From Podargus strigoides (Eukaryota): DNA of 64,000 nucleotides. Location: the NCBI GenBank assembly GCA_028020825.1, contig CM051638.1:14272861-14336860 (forward strand), written 5' to 3'. The notes under the pieces are model-generated. The model was not told the DNA's origin. It saw nothing but the letters and a program-made list of their open reading frames with translations, and did no database searches. The translations under genes and the position numbers were made by a program. Shown here in pieces: positions 1 through 12,235 of this stretch (positions are counted from its first letter, which is position 1; each line of letters begins with the position of its first letter).

Positions 1-1059
1 CAGGCCAGCAGAGATTCTGAGAGGCAAAGGGAGGCACAGGGCCTTAGGAACCTGCTAAAAGGGCCTCTGCCTCCCAAAGGGTATGCACGGCACCAGACAC
101 CACTGCTTTCTTTACGCAACCGTGATAACAAGACAAGAGGAAAAGGCCTCAAGTTGTGCCAGGGGAGGTTTAGCTTGGATATCGGGAAAAGCGTCTTCAC
201 AGAAAGAGTGGCCAGAGTGCATCCTCTTTCTGCCTGTGCCGCCACAAGACAGAGCCTTTCCACTTGGAGCACTGCTGTGGCTGGAGGAAACATGCCCTCC
301 TCTCCCTCACAGCAGTGGCACTGGAACACCTGCAGAAAGAGGGTGGCACCGACTGCGAGTGGCACCGGTATGGGCATGGAGCATAGCGGGACACATCCTC
401 GCACGGTGGTGACCAGAAGCAGCTTGCAAAGGTGCTGGAAAGCAGCATGGCAGAAAAGGCCCTGGGGGTGCTGGTGGGCACCAAGTTGTCCAGGAGCCAG
501 CACGGTGCCCTTGCCCAGGGGCGCTGGTGAGCGGCACCCTGGGCTGCACTGGGCAAAGCGTTGCCAGCAGCTGGAGGGAGGTGACCCTTCCTCTCTGCTC
601 AGCGCTGGCGAGGCCATGCCTGCAGTGCTGTGCCCAGCTCTGGGCTCCCCAGTACGAGAGAGCCATGGGCATACTGGGGAGAGCCCCCAGTGCCTCCCCG
701 CCCCCCCACCGCCTGTGACGTCACAATGGTGGGGTCGCTAGGGATGTATTGACCTCGTGCTGCCCTGACAATGGCCACAGTGCCTGCAGGGATGTTGACG
801 TGCGTGCACGGAGAGAGTCCAGCTCTTGCCCACTGTACGGCACTAGGACCCCCTTAGGCAACTTTGCTTGGGTGGGTTCAGCACTACTGTGAGTTTTACC
901 CGAGTTTTGGAGATAAAGGTTCCGTCTGCATCGTCGGGATGGACCAGGGGAACTGCTCCCACGGCTCCAGGTAGGCTTCCAGCACAGCTTGGGGACACAC
1001 TGCACAGTTGGGCCCTGCAGCTGCCACCTTTCTCATGCCCGATGCCCTCTTCTCTGCAG

Positions 1060-1209
1060 GGAGGACTCTGGCCCCATGCAGCAGGGCATGCCTGTCCTGG
1101 CATCCCCTGAGCCCGTGCTCCGCCACGGCGTGCGGGTGACCCAGGGCCATAAGACAAAGAAGAGGGAACTCCTCCTCTTCTGTGATGCCTTGGTCGTCGC
1201 CAAGCCCAA
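1060..1209 (+). CDS. Coding exon of a divergent PH/GRAM-like domain (..VLRHGVRVTQGHKTKKRELLLFCDALVVAKPK), probably the N-terminal part of the GRAMD1-like gene
   Basis: Acceptor ctctgcAG|G at 1058-1059 and donor CCCAA|gtaagag at 1210; open frame; phase continues into the next exon. Confidence 0.5.
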
Positions 1210-1407
1210 GTAAGAGCCGCAGACCCCAGCCTCCTTTCCTCCCCGGCCCTGGCCCTGACACCAGGGCAGGGACACCCACGGAGCAGCCCCAGGCCCCCAG
1301 CACCTCGCTGCAGGATGCATCCCTGGCCATGCCTGTGGCAGGCGGATGCGAGGGCAGCCAGCGGGCTCGGCCACCTCCAGGTCACTCCGTGCCGCTCCTC
1401 TCTGCAG

Positions 1408-1560
1408 GTTTTGCACCCCGCGCCCACGGCTCTGCCTGGCCCTGGGCGTGCTGCAGGTGCTGACCGTCAGGAAGGGGCCAGCTAGTGACGTCCCCGAGGA
1501 GGAGGAAGGAAACTCCCTAGCCCTCATCTGGCCCGGCGGCTCCTGTATCATCACTTTCGG
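1408..1560 (+). CDS. PH/GRAM-like domain exon (FCTPRPRLCLALGVLQVLTVRKG...SLALIWPGGSCIITFG)
   Basis: Acceptor tctgcAG at 1406-1407 and donor TTCGG|gtgagt at 1561; phase-consistent with the previous exon. Confidence 0.5.
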
Positions 1561-1730
1561 GTGAGTCTGGGTGCCACGTCCCAGGGCTGGCCAGCGCCTC
1601 TGTGCTGCCCCACGGGGCTTGGCCCTGCCTCTCTGGCCGTCCCCACGGGGTAGGGCTGTGCTGGCATCCCCCTCTGCCTGCAGGATGGGGCGCAGTGGGC
1701 ACTCAGGGTGTTTCTCCTCTCTTTCTGCAG

Positions 1731-1772
1731 CTCCTGGGAGGTGAAGGAGCTCTGGCTCAGCGCGCTCCGTGG
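1731..1772 (+). CDS. Short exon encoding SWEVKELWLSALRG; compare the KELW motif after the GRAM domain of GRAMD1B
   Basis: Acceptor ctttctgcAG at 1729-1730 and donor CGTGG|gtaagc at 1773. Confidence 0.45.
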
Positions 1773-1959
1773 GTAAGCCATGCCTGGCAGTGCAGCCTGG
1801 GGGGGCTGTGCTCAGGTCATGAGGGGATGCTCCAGGGGTAGCCATACCATGCAGGAACACTGCTTCTGAGCTGGGGAGAGCTGTCCCCACGGCTGTGGCC
1901 AGCTGAAAAGGTGGCTTGGGCCTCACACAGCTCTTTCTCTGCCCATTCCCCATGCACAG

Positions 1960-2044
1960 GCCAGCAGAAGGAGTTCAGGGAGCCCAAGTGACCCAGCTGC
2001 CCTCCATCGAGCTCCTGCTGCAGGAGCTGAGCAGCCGCAATGCT
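1960..2044 (+). CDS. Exon encoding PAEGVQGAQVTQLPSIELLLQELSSRNA
   Basis: Acceptor catgcacAG at 1958-1959 and donor AATGCT|gtgagt at 2045; ends in phase 0. Confidence 0.45.
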
Positions 2045-2141
2045 GTGAGTGTCCCTCCTGTCCCCGCTCTGCCCCACATGCTGCTCCAGCCCAGCATGAG
2101 ATGCATCGCTTCTCACCTTCTGCTCCTTTCCCCTTGCCCAG

Positions 2142-2835
2142 GTGACGACACTGCACACCAGCAGCCTGGAGAGGCTCTTCGAGGGCCAGGGAAGGGTCGG
2201 CATCCCTGGGAGTGCAATCTCAGCAGTCCCCAACGCCCAGACACCGCCAGGGGCTGATGCAGCTCGCCGGGGACCCTTTCTGCTGCGGGGCTGCTTGCTG
2301 AGCGCAGCGCATTTCTTGCAGGCTGGTGCAGAGCAGCGGCCACCTCCCGTCCCGTCTGGCGGCCAAGGTGGATGTGGTGGTGCGGTGGGTGAGTTTGGAG
2401 CAGATGGGGGGCAGGGTGGCCCTTCTCTCCTCCTCTGGCGGGCGGGCACTCGTGCTGCTCTGGGGCTGCTGCTGCCCTTCCCGCAGGGCACGTGCATCCC
2501 CATGGCTCTGCGGCAGGGGAGAGCTGAGCCCCGGGGCCCCTCGTTCCCAAACGACGCCTCTCCCTTGCTTTCCGCAGTGGGGGGACAGCCTTGAGAGTGT
2601 TGGGGAGCGCTTGCTTGGGGGTTCTCATGCAGGGGGTGTTTGTCTTTGTTTTCCTTTGCAGCCAGTGGGACCTGCAAGAAGAGGACGGGGCCGCCCTGGC
2701 CCTTTGTGCGACGAGGAACCTCGGCCGCTGCAGAGGTTCCCGGGCCATGGGTCTCTGGCTGCAGGGGGGCTCCCTTTGGCCAGCCCCTGGCAGCGCCCTG
2801 CAGCCAGGACGGCACGCTGCCCCAGCCCACCCAGG
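2142..2835 (+). other. GC-rich probable coding linker region containing an unresolved number of exons. Candidates are 2142-?, 2321-2387 and 2662-2835, the last with an excellent donor CAG|gtaagc at 2836.
   Basis: Acceptors at 2140 and 2320 and donors at about 2388 and 2836. All three frames are open because of GC richness, so the frame and boundaries are uncertain. The exon ending at 2835 is phase-0 compatible with the exon starting at 7972. Confidence 0.25.
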
Positions 2836-5800
2836 TAAGCCAGCCTGGCCAGGGTGTCCCCATCCCTCTGGCTCCCTGGGAGAGCTGGTGTCCCCAGCAG
2901 ACGGACTGTGGGTGGGTATGGTCTCATGCTTCTGGCTTTCTTCGTTGTTCCTGGAACTGGAAATAACTCTGTTAGACCCCGCTTTGAAGCTCACTTTTTT
3001 CCAGTGACATCTTCTTTTTAATCCTACTTTCGCTTGACTAATTATACAAACCAGCCTGGACCTAGTTCCTCTGTCCATCTTTCTTTTTGATCCTAACTAA
3101 CTGATTGCTATCTAATGCTGCTTTTTCATTTTGTCCTTACAAGAAAGCCAGAGTTGGCACAGTGTAAGCACTCCAGTTTCTCTTGTCCCTGGGTGAATAC
3201 GGGCTGGGTACCTGGGTGGGGGGGAAGGTGCAAAGGGGCTTTGCAGTGGCTCTGGGGCATACTGACCATTTCCAAGAAGAGGAGATGGAAATGGCTCAGA
3301 ACTGGCAAAGGAGGACAGACATCCAGATGGAAAGGATGCCAGAGAGAGAGAGCAAGAGCTTTGTCTTTTCAGTCACTCTTCTGATGATTTGCACATCTTG
3401 TACCTTCTGGTTGCCCAGCAGAGTTGGTCTTGACAAACTCTGTGGTGACAAACGAGCTGCCACCGTGCAAACCCTTTGCATCTCTCAGGGTGGTGTGGGG
3501 TGAGAGAGGAATTACTTTCTTTTGACCACACAGAAACAGGAACCATCTTTTGCTTCTGCCTTGGTCTTATTTTCGTTCCGCAAGCGCAAGTGGCCGTGTT
3601 TTTGGTACAAAGCTGGTGGTGTGCAAATTTCCACAGCTCTTGTCACCTTTGCACGGTTGAAGCCCCAGCCCTTGAGCGCTCTAAAGCAGATACCAGCAGT
3701 ACCTTGATTTTGCGGGCAAATGCAGCAGCCAGTCCATGTTCAGCAGCAGTTCCTACCTCCCTGCAGCCTAAGACATCAAAAGCAGGGATTTTGGCTGGTA
3801 CGGTGTGGTCAGATTTCAGAGAGTCATGAGAGGCAGAGTTATTTACTTGCTCTGTGTAATCAGCCCCAGGATAGCAGCAAGGTCAGGAAAAGATGTGATC
3901 TCAGACGCAGAGAGAAATATAGAGGCAATGGCATTAAGAATGGAGTACAAACCATGGTAGGCCAAACTGGAGGAGAAGTGGCAGATAAAGGATCGTGGAG
4001 TGAGGCAGCTTGGGCAGATGCACAGCCCCAGCCAGGCTGCTGCAAGACCGTGAAGCTGTGGCCATGGCTAAAGGTGACTTTTGCTATTATGCAAGAGCTG
4101 CTTCTGACAGCAGCTGCTGAGATCCGTCCCCTGCTGCATGATGCTTTGCTGTGCTCTGTTTCTGTGGGTCTCTTGTGTTTTTGTGTCCTCTCTATCTTAC
4201 CTTTCTCTTCTCTTGGTTTTCCTCCACGTGTTGTCAGCATGAGACAGGACAGTACATCCGGAGAGTAAGCGCTGGCTGCATTTTTTGTGGTTTCTTCCCC
4301 AATTCTTTTCCTTAAGAAAACAAAAACCAAAACCATGTTCTAGTTAGGAGAGACATTCTGGCCAGATAAAAGCAGCAATGTGGAAATACAGCTCAGCCAC
4401 AAACTCCAGGAAGGCAGGCAGTCCCACTTGGCAGGATTACTACCATTAAAAATTTGCTAATGCCTCTCCTTGATAGAGTTTCCCTTCTTTGCCCACTCCT
4501 TCCAGGCAGGGTTTTTGTGGCGTTTGGACCATTCTGATTCTTCTCTCCCTTTCCCCACGGAGAGCAGCTGTGGGAATGAATCTGTGGAGGCTCCCCCTTC
4601 ACAAAGTCTTACCATTTCCTTTACTCGCTTTCCCCGACTTTGATTTTACGTAGACTGCACTGCGCTCACGGCAGACACCCTCCGCATTGTTCTGGGTGCC
4701 AGGCACTGTACAAACACAAATCAAAAATATAGTCCTTCCCTCAAAGAGCACACGGTCCTCGAAGATCCCCAGAGCATCGGGGGTCAGCATGCCAGTTTCC
4801 TCAGATGACTTCAGTTTTTGCTGCTTCTAGCTGGTCTTTTTGTCCTTGTAGCACTGCATCCCTCTTTGCCAGTTGGAACCCTTCCTTTTCCCTCTCCTGG
4901 ATTCCTTTTTCTCTGCTTTTCCTTAAGGTGCTACCCACTTCTCTCACCTCGTGTATTCTCCTTCTGATCCTACCAGAGCTTTTTGGGATTGACATCCCTG
5001 CCAGGCTGAGAAGTGGGAGAAAAAGGGGTGAAGCAAGGCCAGGGATTGGTTTGGCAGGAGACCTGCCCTTTCTTGGTCTTGGTGTGCTTTCTCTGCGTTG
5101 CTTTCCAGAGGACAAATGCAAACTGGTCCAGGGGCACTGTGAGATTTAGAAAAGAACAACAGGTTGAGAATAAACATCCTCAGCCTTATAGAACTTGCAG
5201 ACCTCATTAAAATGAGAGACACATTGGATATATTTTGCTGCCAAGGCTAAAAGCTGTCTCCTCTGCTCTTCTCCTTCTCTCTGGGTGTTGGGTTAAGGGC
5301 TCCATTTCTGAGCGTGGAGGAGCTCTCAGGTTTTTTTCTTGAGGTGGGTGTACAGTTGAGGCACTGAGCCTACCAAGTCCACCATGTGTTTTTCTGCCTA
5401 CTTCTCTCTCAGTTGAGCTGTTGATCCTTCGACTGTTGATCCTTCTACTCCCTGACTGTTCCTAAACTAGGCTGTATGTCTCCAATCTTCCGCAGCATTT
5501 CCAACTGCCACTCTATAGCAAGGCTTGCTTCTGCAAGTTGCCTCCTGTGGTGCCTGTGCTGGTAGACACCAGGCATCAGGAGAATCTGCAGATTCCCAGA
5601 AAAGAGAGAAGGTGATCTTGAAAAGTTAGAGCAAACACAGTTGACACCAGGGACGAGGTAAGAGTTGTATCTGTCCACAGGGCTTTCAGTTTACCGTTTA
5701 GAGCCCAAGGGCCGCCCCACTCTGTGCTCCTTTCTGTTGTGTTTATCTACACACATCCTTTCACTTGCCTTCCCTTTTGCAACCATGCTCTTTTTTTTTT

Positions 5801-7971
5801 TCTTCTTACAGCTTCTCCCTGTAACTGGCCTGAAGTACCCCCTCTCCACCTATATGCAGGATAGCCTCAGAGTGATTAGTGTGGGGGGGAAAAAATGATA
5901 GTGCAGAGACACTGATTGTCTGTTTCAGGTGTTCTTAAATACTACTAGAAACATTTGCCATCCTAGTAAGTCTGAAAAGATCAACAGGAGCATGGTTGTA
6001 CCCACTTGTCTTTGGGAGAGCAAAGTCTGCACTGAGGATTGCATGGAGTGGGACAGGAGCCCAGCACCTGCAGTTCTGCAAACAAATGCTGTGCGCACAG
6101 GGCAGCTTTGAGCCTGGCTTGCAAGAGGTGAAAGTCTCAGACATAAATCCTGTCCAGTGCAAGTCGGTAGCCATGTAAAGGACAGAGCTCTCGGTTTTCC
6201 TTTGGGCAAGCTGTGGTAAAAGCCAGTGCACTAAGAATTAGGAGAAGGTGGCCGAGGATCCATGGTGCATTGTGGTGCTGCGAAGGGCCTTTCTTTGTGG
6301 AGACCTTTGAGCAACGCTTGCAGCTTCTTAAGAACAACGTCAAGGGATCACAAGACTGAACACTGTGCGCAGTCAGCCTTTGCTGGCCTCAGTGTGCTGT
6401 CTTTTTTTCTGGCAGTACCCTCTTGGAGACCTTGTAGATACCAGAGTGGAGGGGGAAAGTCAGCTGTTGAAAAGAGTAAAATGTTCCCTATAAAGACCAA
6501 GAGAGAGGTGCTGCATCATCTTAGGGAAAACATCAGGAGCAGCGTTCCAATGGGTGGCAGCCTGAGTCTGAGTCAGCCACAGCAATCACGTAAATGGGGT
6601 TTATTGCAAAAACCCAGGCCTGATGATGAATAAGCAAGGTGTTGAACAGCCTTTTTCTCTCTAAATCAGTGCAGTCGTCTTCTTTTAAGTTCCAGTAACC
6701 ATTTGGTCAAACTGTCTCTGGAACAATGTGAAATCATTGTCTTTCAGGTCTTTTTCACGGGCCGTTCCCTTCAGACTGTCCATGGGTTTGGATGTATGGA
6801 TTGCCAGGCGTGGTCACAGTTACTGTGATGTAGAGGCACTAAATTAGAAGTGAGCTTTTGGTGCAGGCTCATGTGATGATGAATTCAAATCCACTTTCCA
6901 CCCCAGATGGATGGCAATTACTTTGAAGCCTCTTCCTCTGCTGTTCATTCACTTCTAAAAAGGGAAAGAAAAAAAAATAAAAGAGTAAGAACCCCCAAGA
7001 GACCAGACCGGGTTTAGAAGAAAGGCTGTGGGACAGGTGGCCAGTTTCTTTGCTGACATTAATCAGCATAGCAGTCCTGCTGCCAGGGAGTCTAAACTCT
7101 GCTACGCAAGCAGGGAATGTATTCTGTTCTTTTCCAGCAGTTTGACTGTTGTGTCCAGAAGCAGTGTAAATCTTCCCTAAAGAGTTAGGAGCAAGCCCCT
7201 CAGCCATGCAAATTGAACCCAAAGCTCAGAGCTGATTATCATCTCTGCTCCCACCTCCTTTCCCATCCTGTCTACTTGTGCCAGGGAGTCTTGGGCTTGG
7301 GCTCTTGCTGGAGCCCATCTTTGGCTGAGATCTTTTCCAGATGTTCAGGCTAGAAGTTTGGTAAGTAAAATTCATATTTCTGTTGCCTGCTGGTGAGCAG
7401 ACTTGATGCAGAAGTAAGATACTTTCCTTTGGGCCCATCGGGCTGGAATTTTTTAGGGAGGTGATGTCTGTGTTTGCTTCTTTGATTTGATGGCATTTGA
7501 AAATTTTGTAAGGCTAGTGCCAGATGAAGTTCACCTTCCTCCCACCCCTGCGACCCCCTCCCTCCCGACTTCTCAAACAGAAGCTCCCTTCTATAATCAC
7601 TGAGTTTTGGGGCCCCTTCTGTGAGGCTCTGAGGCGTGCTCACCTTTCTGCTTTGGGTCTGCAGAGCAGACCTCCTTCAGGTATAAGCTCAGATTTTCTT
7701 AGCTCTACAGTTCTTCTTCAGGGGCAAAACTAGTATTGTTTGTGTGCTTCTCTGAACAAAGGAAAAGCCTTGCGTGTGCCCCAAGCTTGAACTGTATGTA
7801 GTTCTTTGAGGGGAGGTGGTCTAAGATGCCAGTTGTGTTTTACAAGCACCATATGGCAACCTTCCTCCTCTCTATATTATTTAAGTTGCAGACATGTTGA
7901 GGCCAGATGTTCAAAGATAGGAAAACTGGCCCACAGATGTAAAGTTTTCCAAAATATTCTCTAATTTCCAG

Positions 7972-8200
7972 GTGCCGGTCTCGCCCTCATTATGCTCGCT
8001 CTCTGCATCATTTGATGGAGTGGTACTAGAAGAGGAGGAGGCAGTGGCAGAGAGTCCTGTGGAAAAGGATCTTGGCACTGCAAATATCATGGAAGAGAAG
8101 ATGGAGATCATGGGCCCCGTGAACTCCCCTTCCCTAGATTGTGATGACAAGGATGATATTCCTGCAGAGCTCAATGACCCGTCAGAGAGCTGTGATGAAG
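7972..8200 (+). CDS. GRAMD1/Aster-family exon in the pre-VASt acidic linker (SFDGVVLEEEE...IMEEKMEIMGPVNSPSLDCDDKDDIPAELNDPSESCDEG)
   Basis: Acceptor tttccAG at 7970-7971 and donor GATGAAG|gtatgt at 8201; strong similarity to the remembered GRAMD1B segment PVSFDGLPLEEE...NIMGEKIEMIAPVNSPSLDFNDNEDIPTELSDSSDTHDEG. Confidence 0.7.
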
Positions 8201-8558
8201 GTATGTGGGGAAGGGCTGTTCTATCGTTGTTGTTTCCAGCCTTCCCCCAACCCTTCCAGTGGGGGACTAGAGCAGCAGCAAATGTTGAATTGCTTTTCTG
8301 GAGCCTAAGAGTTCAGAAGATGCAAAGAATTCCCATTCTGGGCCACGAAGGCGAATGTGTGGGGTGTTTGGAAGGAGGTGCCTCAAATAACCTCAGTAGT
8401 TAATGACCCCTTCTGACGTTCCAACTGTTGACCTGGGATCAGTGGAGGAAAGGGTTAGAAGTTCCTTCTTTGGGTTCCTTCTTCACAAAGTGAAGCACTA
8501 AGGTCCTGGTACTGTGAGAGCATTTGATAATGGCACTTACGGGTCTGTTTCCCCACAG

Positions 8559-8702
8559 GAGAAGTCCAAGCCTTTTACGAGGACCTGAAGGGCCATCAGT
8601 TAGTGAATAAAGTGTTCAAGTTCAGCATGGACAAACTGTACAACTTGCTTTTCACGGCCTCCCAGTTCCAGAGGGACTTCATGGAACAGCGGCGGATGTC
8701 TG
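8559..8702 (+). CDS. VASt domain exon (EVQAFYEDLKGHQLVNKVFKFSMDKLYNLLFTASQFQRDFMEQRRMS)
   Basis: Acceptor ccccacAG at 8557-8558 and donor TG|gtgagc at 8703; close match to the remembered GRAMD1B segment EVQAFYEDLSGRQYVNEVFNFSVDKLYDLLFTNSPFQRDFMEQRRFS. Confidence 0.8.
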
Positions 8703-9366
8703 GTGAGCTGCTGCTGGCAAAGCCCGGTCCCTGACGGCGGCTGTGTTCCCTGTGAGGTGCAGAGGGAAGGTCTCAGCACACGCCTTAGAGGTGTAACTTT
8801 GCCTGATGGTGGAGAGATTGGGTAATATTCTGAGCAGCTCTTGGGACAGCTGTGGTCTGTCCTGACAGTAATCAAAAGCACACAGAACCAGCCTTGTTTG
8901 GCTGTCTCGTTTTATTTTCTAAGAGCTAGATCTAAGTTTATTGAAGAAGCAGACTCTCTTATTTTTTGACATCAGCTATGGCCTGATCCTGTGTTCAAAG
9001 CTTAAGAGCGTGAGGCAAAAGTTCTTCTGGCTCCACACCAGCCACCGGCACAGACTGCAGTTGACAATCCAAAGAGAATGTCCCTTGGCGTGCAACGTCC
9101 TCCTTTCCCTCTAACTCTAGGTTTGCTGAAGGAGACAGGTCCCCAGCCTCTCCCCCTTTCCCTGCACTTGAAAGAAGGAAAGAATTCACATTTAGTGCAG
9201 GAGGCCTTTCTTTCACGCTCAGTTGAGCTCTAGTGCTTCTGCTGCAGCCAAGCTCTCCAAGGGGAAGGAAATACTGTCCTGAGCTTTGTTCTATGGTTAT
9301 GCCTTTCCCTGGGGAACTGACCTGAGATCCCTCTCCAATTACTCAAATCTTGTTTTGTCCTCTCAG

Positions 9367-9485
9367 GTATTGTCTTTCATCCCTGGAAGAAGGAAGAAGA
9401 TGGCAATCAGACCAGAGTGATATCGTATATCATAGCCCTCACCCACCCTCTGGCCCCCGAAACTGTCACTGTGACGGAGACGCAG
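9367..9485 (+). CDS. VASt domain exon (GIVFHPWKKEEDGNQTRVISYIIALTHPLAPETVTVTETQ)
   Basis: Acceptor tctcAG at 9365-9366 and donor CAG|gtatga at 9486; compare GRAMD1B IIFHPWKKEENGNQSRVILYTITLTNPLAPKTATVRETQ. Confidence 0.8.
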
Positions 9486-10472
9486 GTATGAGAAAGGGGA
9501 GCAGGGGTGTAATGCCTTGCAGAAACAGACCTGGGATTTATTTTCTTGTCTCGGGCATGCTGCTTGGCATGTTTTCCTTCTGCCTGTCCGTTTTCCTGTA
9601 CACATTTGTCTCGTATTAACTTGCTGCCCAGTGTCACTGCAAATGCAAATAGCTAATCTTGCACTCGCCCTGGGTTGCATTGCAAGGAAAGGACCGTAAA
9701 GTTCCCAGCAAAAGCAGTTGCTGGTGTTTGTTGAGCTGCGGTTAGTCCAGCAGACGTTATTCGTGAGCAGGGCACGAGAAAGGCAGATACTGTCTGGCCA
9801 GTCCTTCTGACAGCTCGACATAGAGAAGTCCGGGCTTTTTACCTGTTTAGAAAGGTAAAAAATGGGAGCATCTGCAAAGCCCTGAAAAGAGGTAAGAAAA
9901 GCCATGCTTTTTGCATATGGATGCGCAGTTCACTGTGTCTGTGCCCTTTGTGAGGCTCGTTCTAGGGCAAAGAAAGAAGCAGGTGAGAAGCGCTTGAGAG
10001 AAGTAATTGGCATGTGTTTGTGGTGTTTAGAATGACAGAACAATCTGTGCTAGAAAGGACCTCTGCTCAAAGCAGGGCCACCTTGGATTTTAGATCAGGT
10101 TTCTCCCTGACCAGCCAGACATCAGTTCAATGAGAAGAGGTAACGCTTGCGAAGGTCCCAAAGAACTGGTCCTCACGTGGCAGGGTACATAACTACGTCT
10201 CTGGAACCAAATGCTGGAGGTTGAGCTGCTGGAACCGAATGCCCCTTTGAAGGATGCCCTTGGGAAACATCTGAGTGAAACACTTGGCTTCCTCAAGTGT
10301 ATGCCTTCCCTTGAGCTGTTCGTGGAAAAAGTGCAGAGCTGGGGCTGGGGCATGGGTGTGGTCTCTTACCTGTGGTAGAGCTGTTTTTGTAAAGTGCCAG
10401 TCAAGGTGCCGATCTGTCAGAGCCCTGCTCTGACCAGACTAATAGTTGCCTTGCATGCTGTCTTCTATGCAG

Positions 10473-10615
10473 ACAATGTACCAAGCCAGCCAAGAAAGCA
10501 AGTGCTGCGTCATAGATGCAGAGCTGGTAGCTCACGACATCCCTTACCACGAATATTTCTCTCTCATTAACCGCTACACGCTGACTCGTGTTGCCAGAAA
10601 CGAAAGCCGGCTCAG
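10473..10615 (+). CDS. VASt domain exon ([48 protein letters not shown])
   Basis: Acceptor ctatgcAG at 10471-10472 and donor CTCAG|gtacac at 10616; compare GRAMD1B [48 protein letters not shown]. Confidence 0.8.
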
Positions 10616-11200
10616 GTACACGTCTTGTGGGATAAAGAGCTTTCCTGACGACCAAAAGTCACCTTTGGGTGGGAGTTTGCCTGTGTGGTGTTGCAGAAGG
10701 GGCTGGGGAGAAGTTAGGCTTATTTCTTTGTCTGTTGCTAGAACAGTCCTCTCATGGAGAGGGTTTACAGACTTTTCTTGCCCCCTTCTTGGAAGCAGTG
10801 GTTTGCAGGGCCAGTTGCCACACACAGGCAACTGCCTGTGCTAAGCCACAGGACATACTTCCGGGGACTGTGTCTCTGAGGTGCACGTGGGTGGCCAAGC
10901 AGAGGCACTGGGTACCAGGCAAAGCTCTAGGCTTTTGTGTTTAGCTTCGATCATTAATCTGAATGTCTGCCTGCCCCATGGCTGAAGGTCTCGGGCGAGG
11001 CTCTCTTGAGGCTTCCCTGCTACTGCCTTTGGAAAGACTTTTCATGCAGTGCTTCTCCTCGAGAAACACAAAGGGCTGAGACCATTCCAGAAAGAACTGT
11101 GTGCCTGACTGTTTCTCAGATATACATTGTCAAGGGGTTGTGAATTGACCTTGCCTCGAGGAAGCAAACTTGGGAGAATGACTTTCCTTTCTTCACACAG

Positions 11201-11304
11201 GGTTTCTACAGAGTTACGTTGCAGGCAACGGCTTTTGGGGCTGATGAAACCCTTCATCGAGAAGAATTTTTTGAGCATCCCAGAAGATCATTTCCGTTGT
11301 TTGG
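11201..11304 (+). CDS. VASt domain C-terminal exon (VSTELRCRQRLLGLMKPFIEKNFLSIPEDHFRCL)
   Basis: Acceptor cacacAG at 11199-11200 and donor TTGG|gtaaga at 11305. Confidence 0.75.
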
Positions 11305-11718
11305 GTAAGAGTGGCAATGACTGGAGCTGTGGCAATGACCCACAAACAGGGGCACCTTCCTTAGTTCATGCATGCCTCCCTGCAAGTGGGCAGCATGACA
11401 GTGTCATACCTGCTGCCTGCTGGGGATGAGACCTGGGAGTGGCTTATGAAAGGGGCCAGCCAAAGGTACTGCCCGAGCGTTAGTAGCACCTGCTGGAATT
11501 AATCAAGTCATCAAATCCTGCTCTCTGGCAGGAGCGCAGGCAGTCTGGGGTCAGAATTTGGCCAAAGGTGTGAGGCATCTGCAGTGTGTCCTCTGGCACG
11601 GGCCCCTCAGTCCCTGCCAACTTCTTTGGTCCAGCAGCTGTGCCATTAGAGGGCTTGAGTCTGCCTCTGCAAAGCCAGTGCCACACCTGATAAATGCTTT
11701 GCCTTGCTGTCTCTACAG

Positions 11719-11922
11719 AGAGGGGACTGACCAGACTTGAGAGCACATACCCTGCTGAGGTGCACGGAGAGTCCCCCAAAGGGAAAGGGAGCGAGCAATC
11801 GCCCGTGTGCCGGAGGAAGCAGGCCCGTGCCCAGCTGCTGATGCCACCCTCGGAGGAGGTGCCGAGTCCCGTGACCACCCCCACGCATGAGGGAGCTGCA
11901 CACAGACCCAATCAGGTGGCAG
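11719..11922 (+). CDS. Linker exon (ERGLTRLESTYPAEVHGESPKGKG...LMPPSEEVPSPVTTPTHEGAAHRPNQVA)
   Basis: Acceptor ctctacAG at 11717-11718 and donor GCAG|gtaagg at 11923; compare GRAMD1B ESELAKTESTYLAEMHRQSPKEK...LEEVMSPVTTPTDEDVGHR. Confidence 0.7.
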
Positions 11923-12144
11923 GTAAGGAACTGCAGAGCCCTCGCACTTGGGGATGCAGAGCTGAGTACCTCTGGAGGAAAACTGGAGCTTTGCTCGTGG
12001 CAGGTTAATGGGGAGAGGGCCCAGGTCTCTCCAGGGCAGGGAGGACGTGTTCCGCTGGAGTGAGATGGAGGGGTGGGGAGATGGAAAGCAGTTGTCCTCC
12101 CCATCAGGCAGCATTTCCTAGCCTAAATGCATCTGTCTCCTCAG

Positions 12145-12235
12145 CTCCCACTCGGCCACAGCATGTCCCTGAGGAGAGCCCCCGTGGCTTCCACCTGCAC
12201 AGCGTGTCCAAGCTGCTCCTCGTCATCGGTTTTGT
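12145..12235 (+). CDS. Exon entering the transmembrane segment (PTRPQHVPEESPRGFHLHSVSKLLLVIGFV)
   Basis: Acceptor ctcctcAG at 12143-12144 and donor TTTGT|gtaagt at 12236; compare GRAMD1B HIPEDTPNGFHLQSVSKLLLVISCV. Confidence 0.7.

Noticed and set aside
1817-3078. Long minus-strand ORFs (348 and 321 aa) opposite the GRAMD1-like upstream exons
   Set aside because: Antisense and GC-rich open frames with low-complexity Pro/Arg/Gly composition; the + strand has proper splice sites and the minus strand does not
2836-7971. Search for canonical GRAM-domain exons (LQGRLYLS..WICF) between the PH-like exons and the VASt exons
   Set aside because: No such coding signal was seen in any frame. The interval has AATAAA motifs at about 5171 and 6973 but no convincing exons; it was left as intron or intergenic
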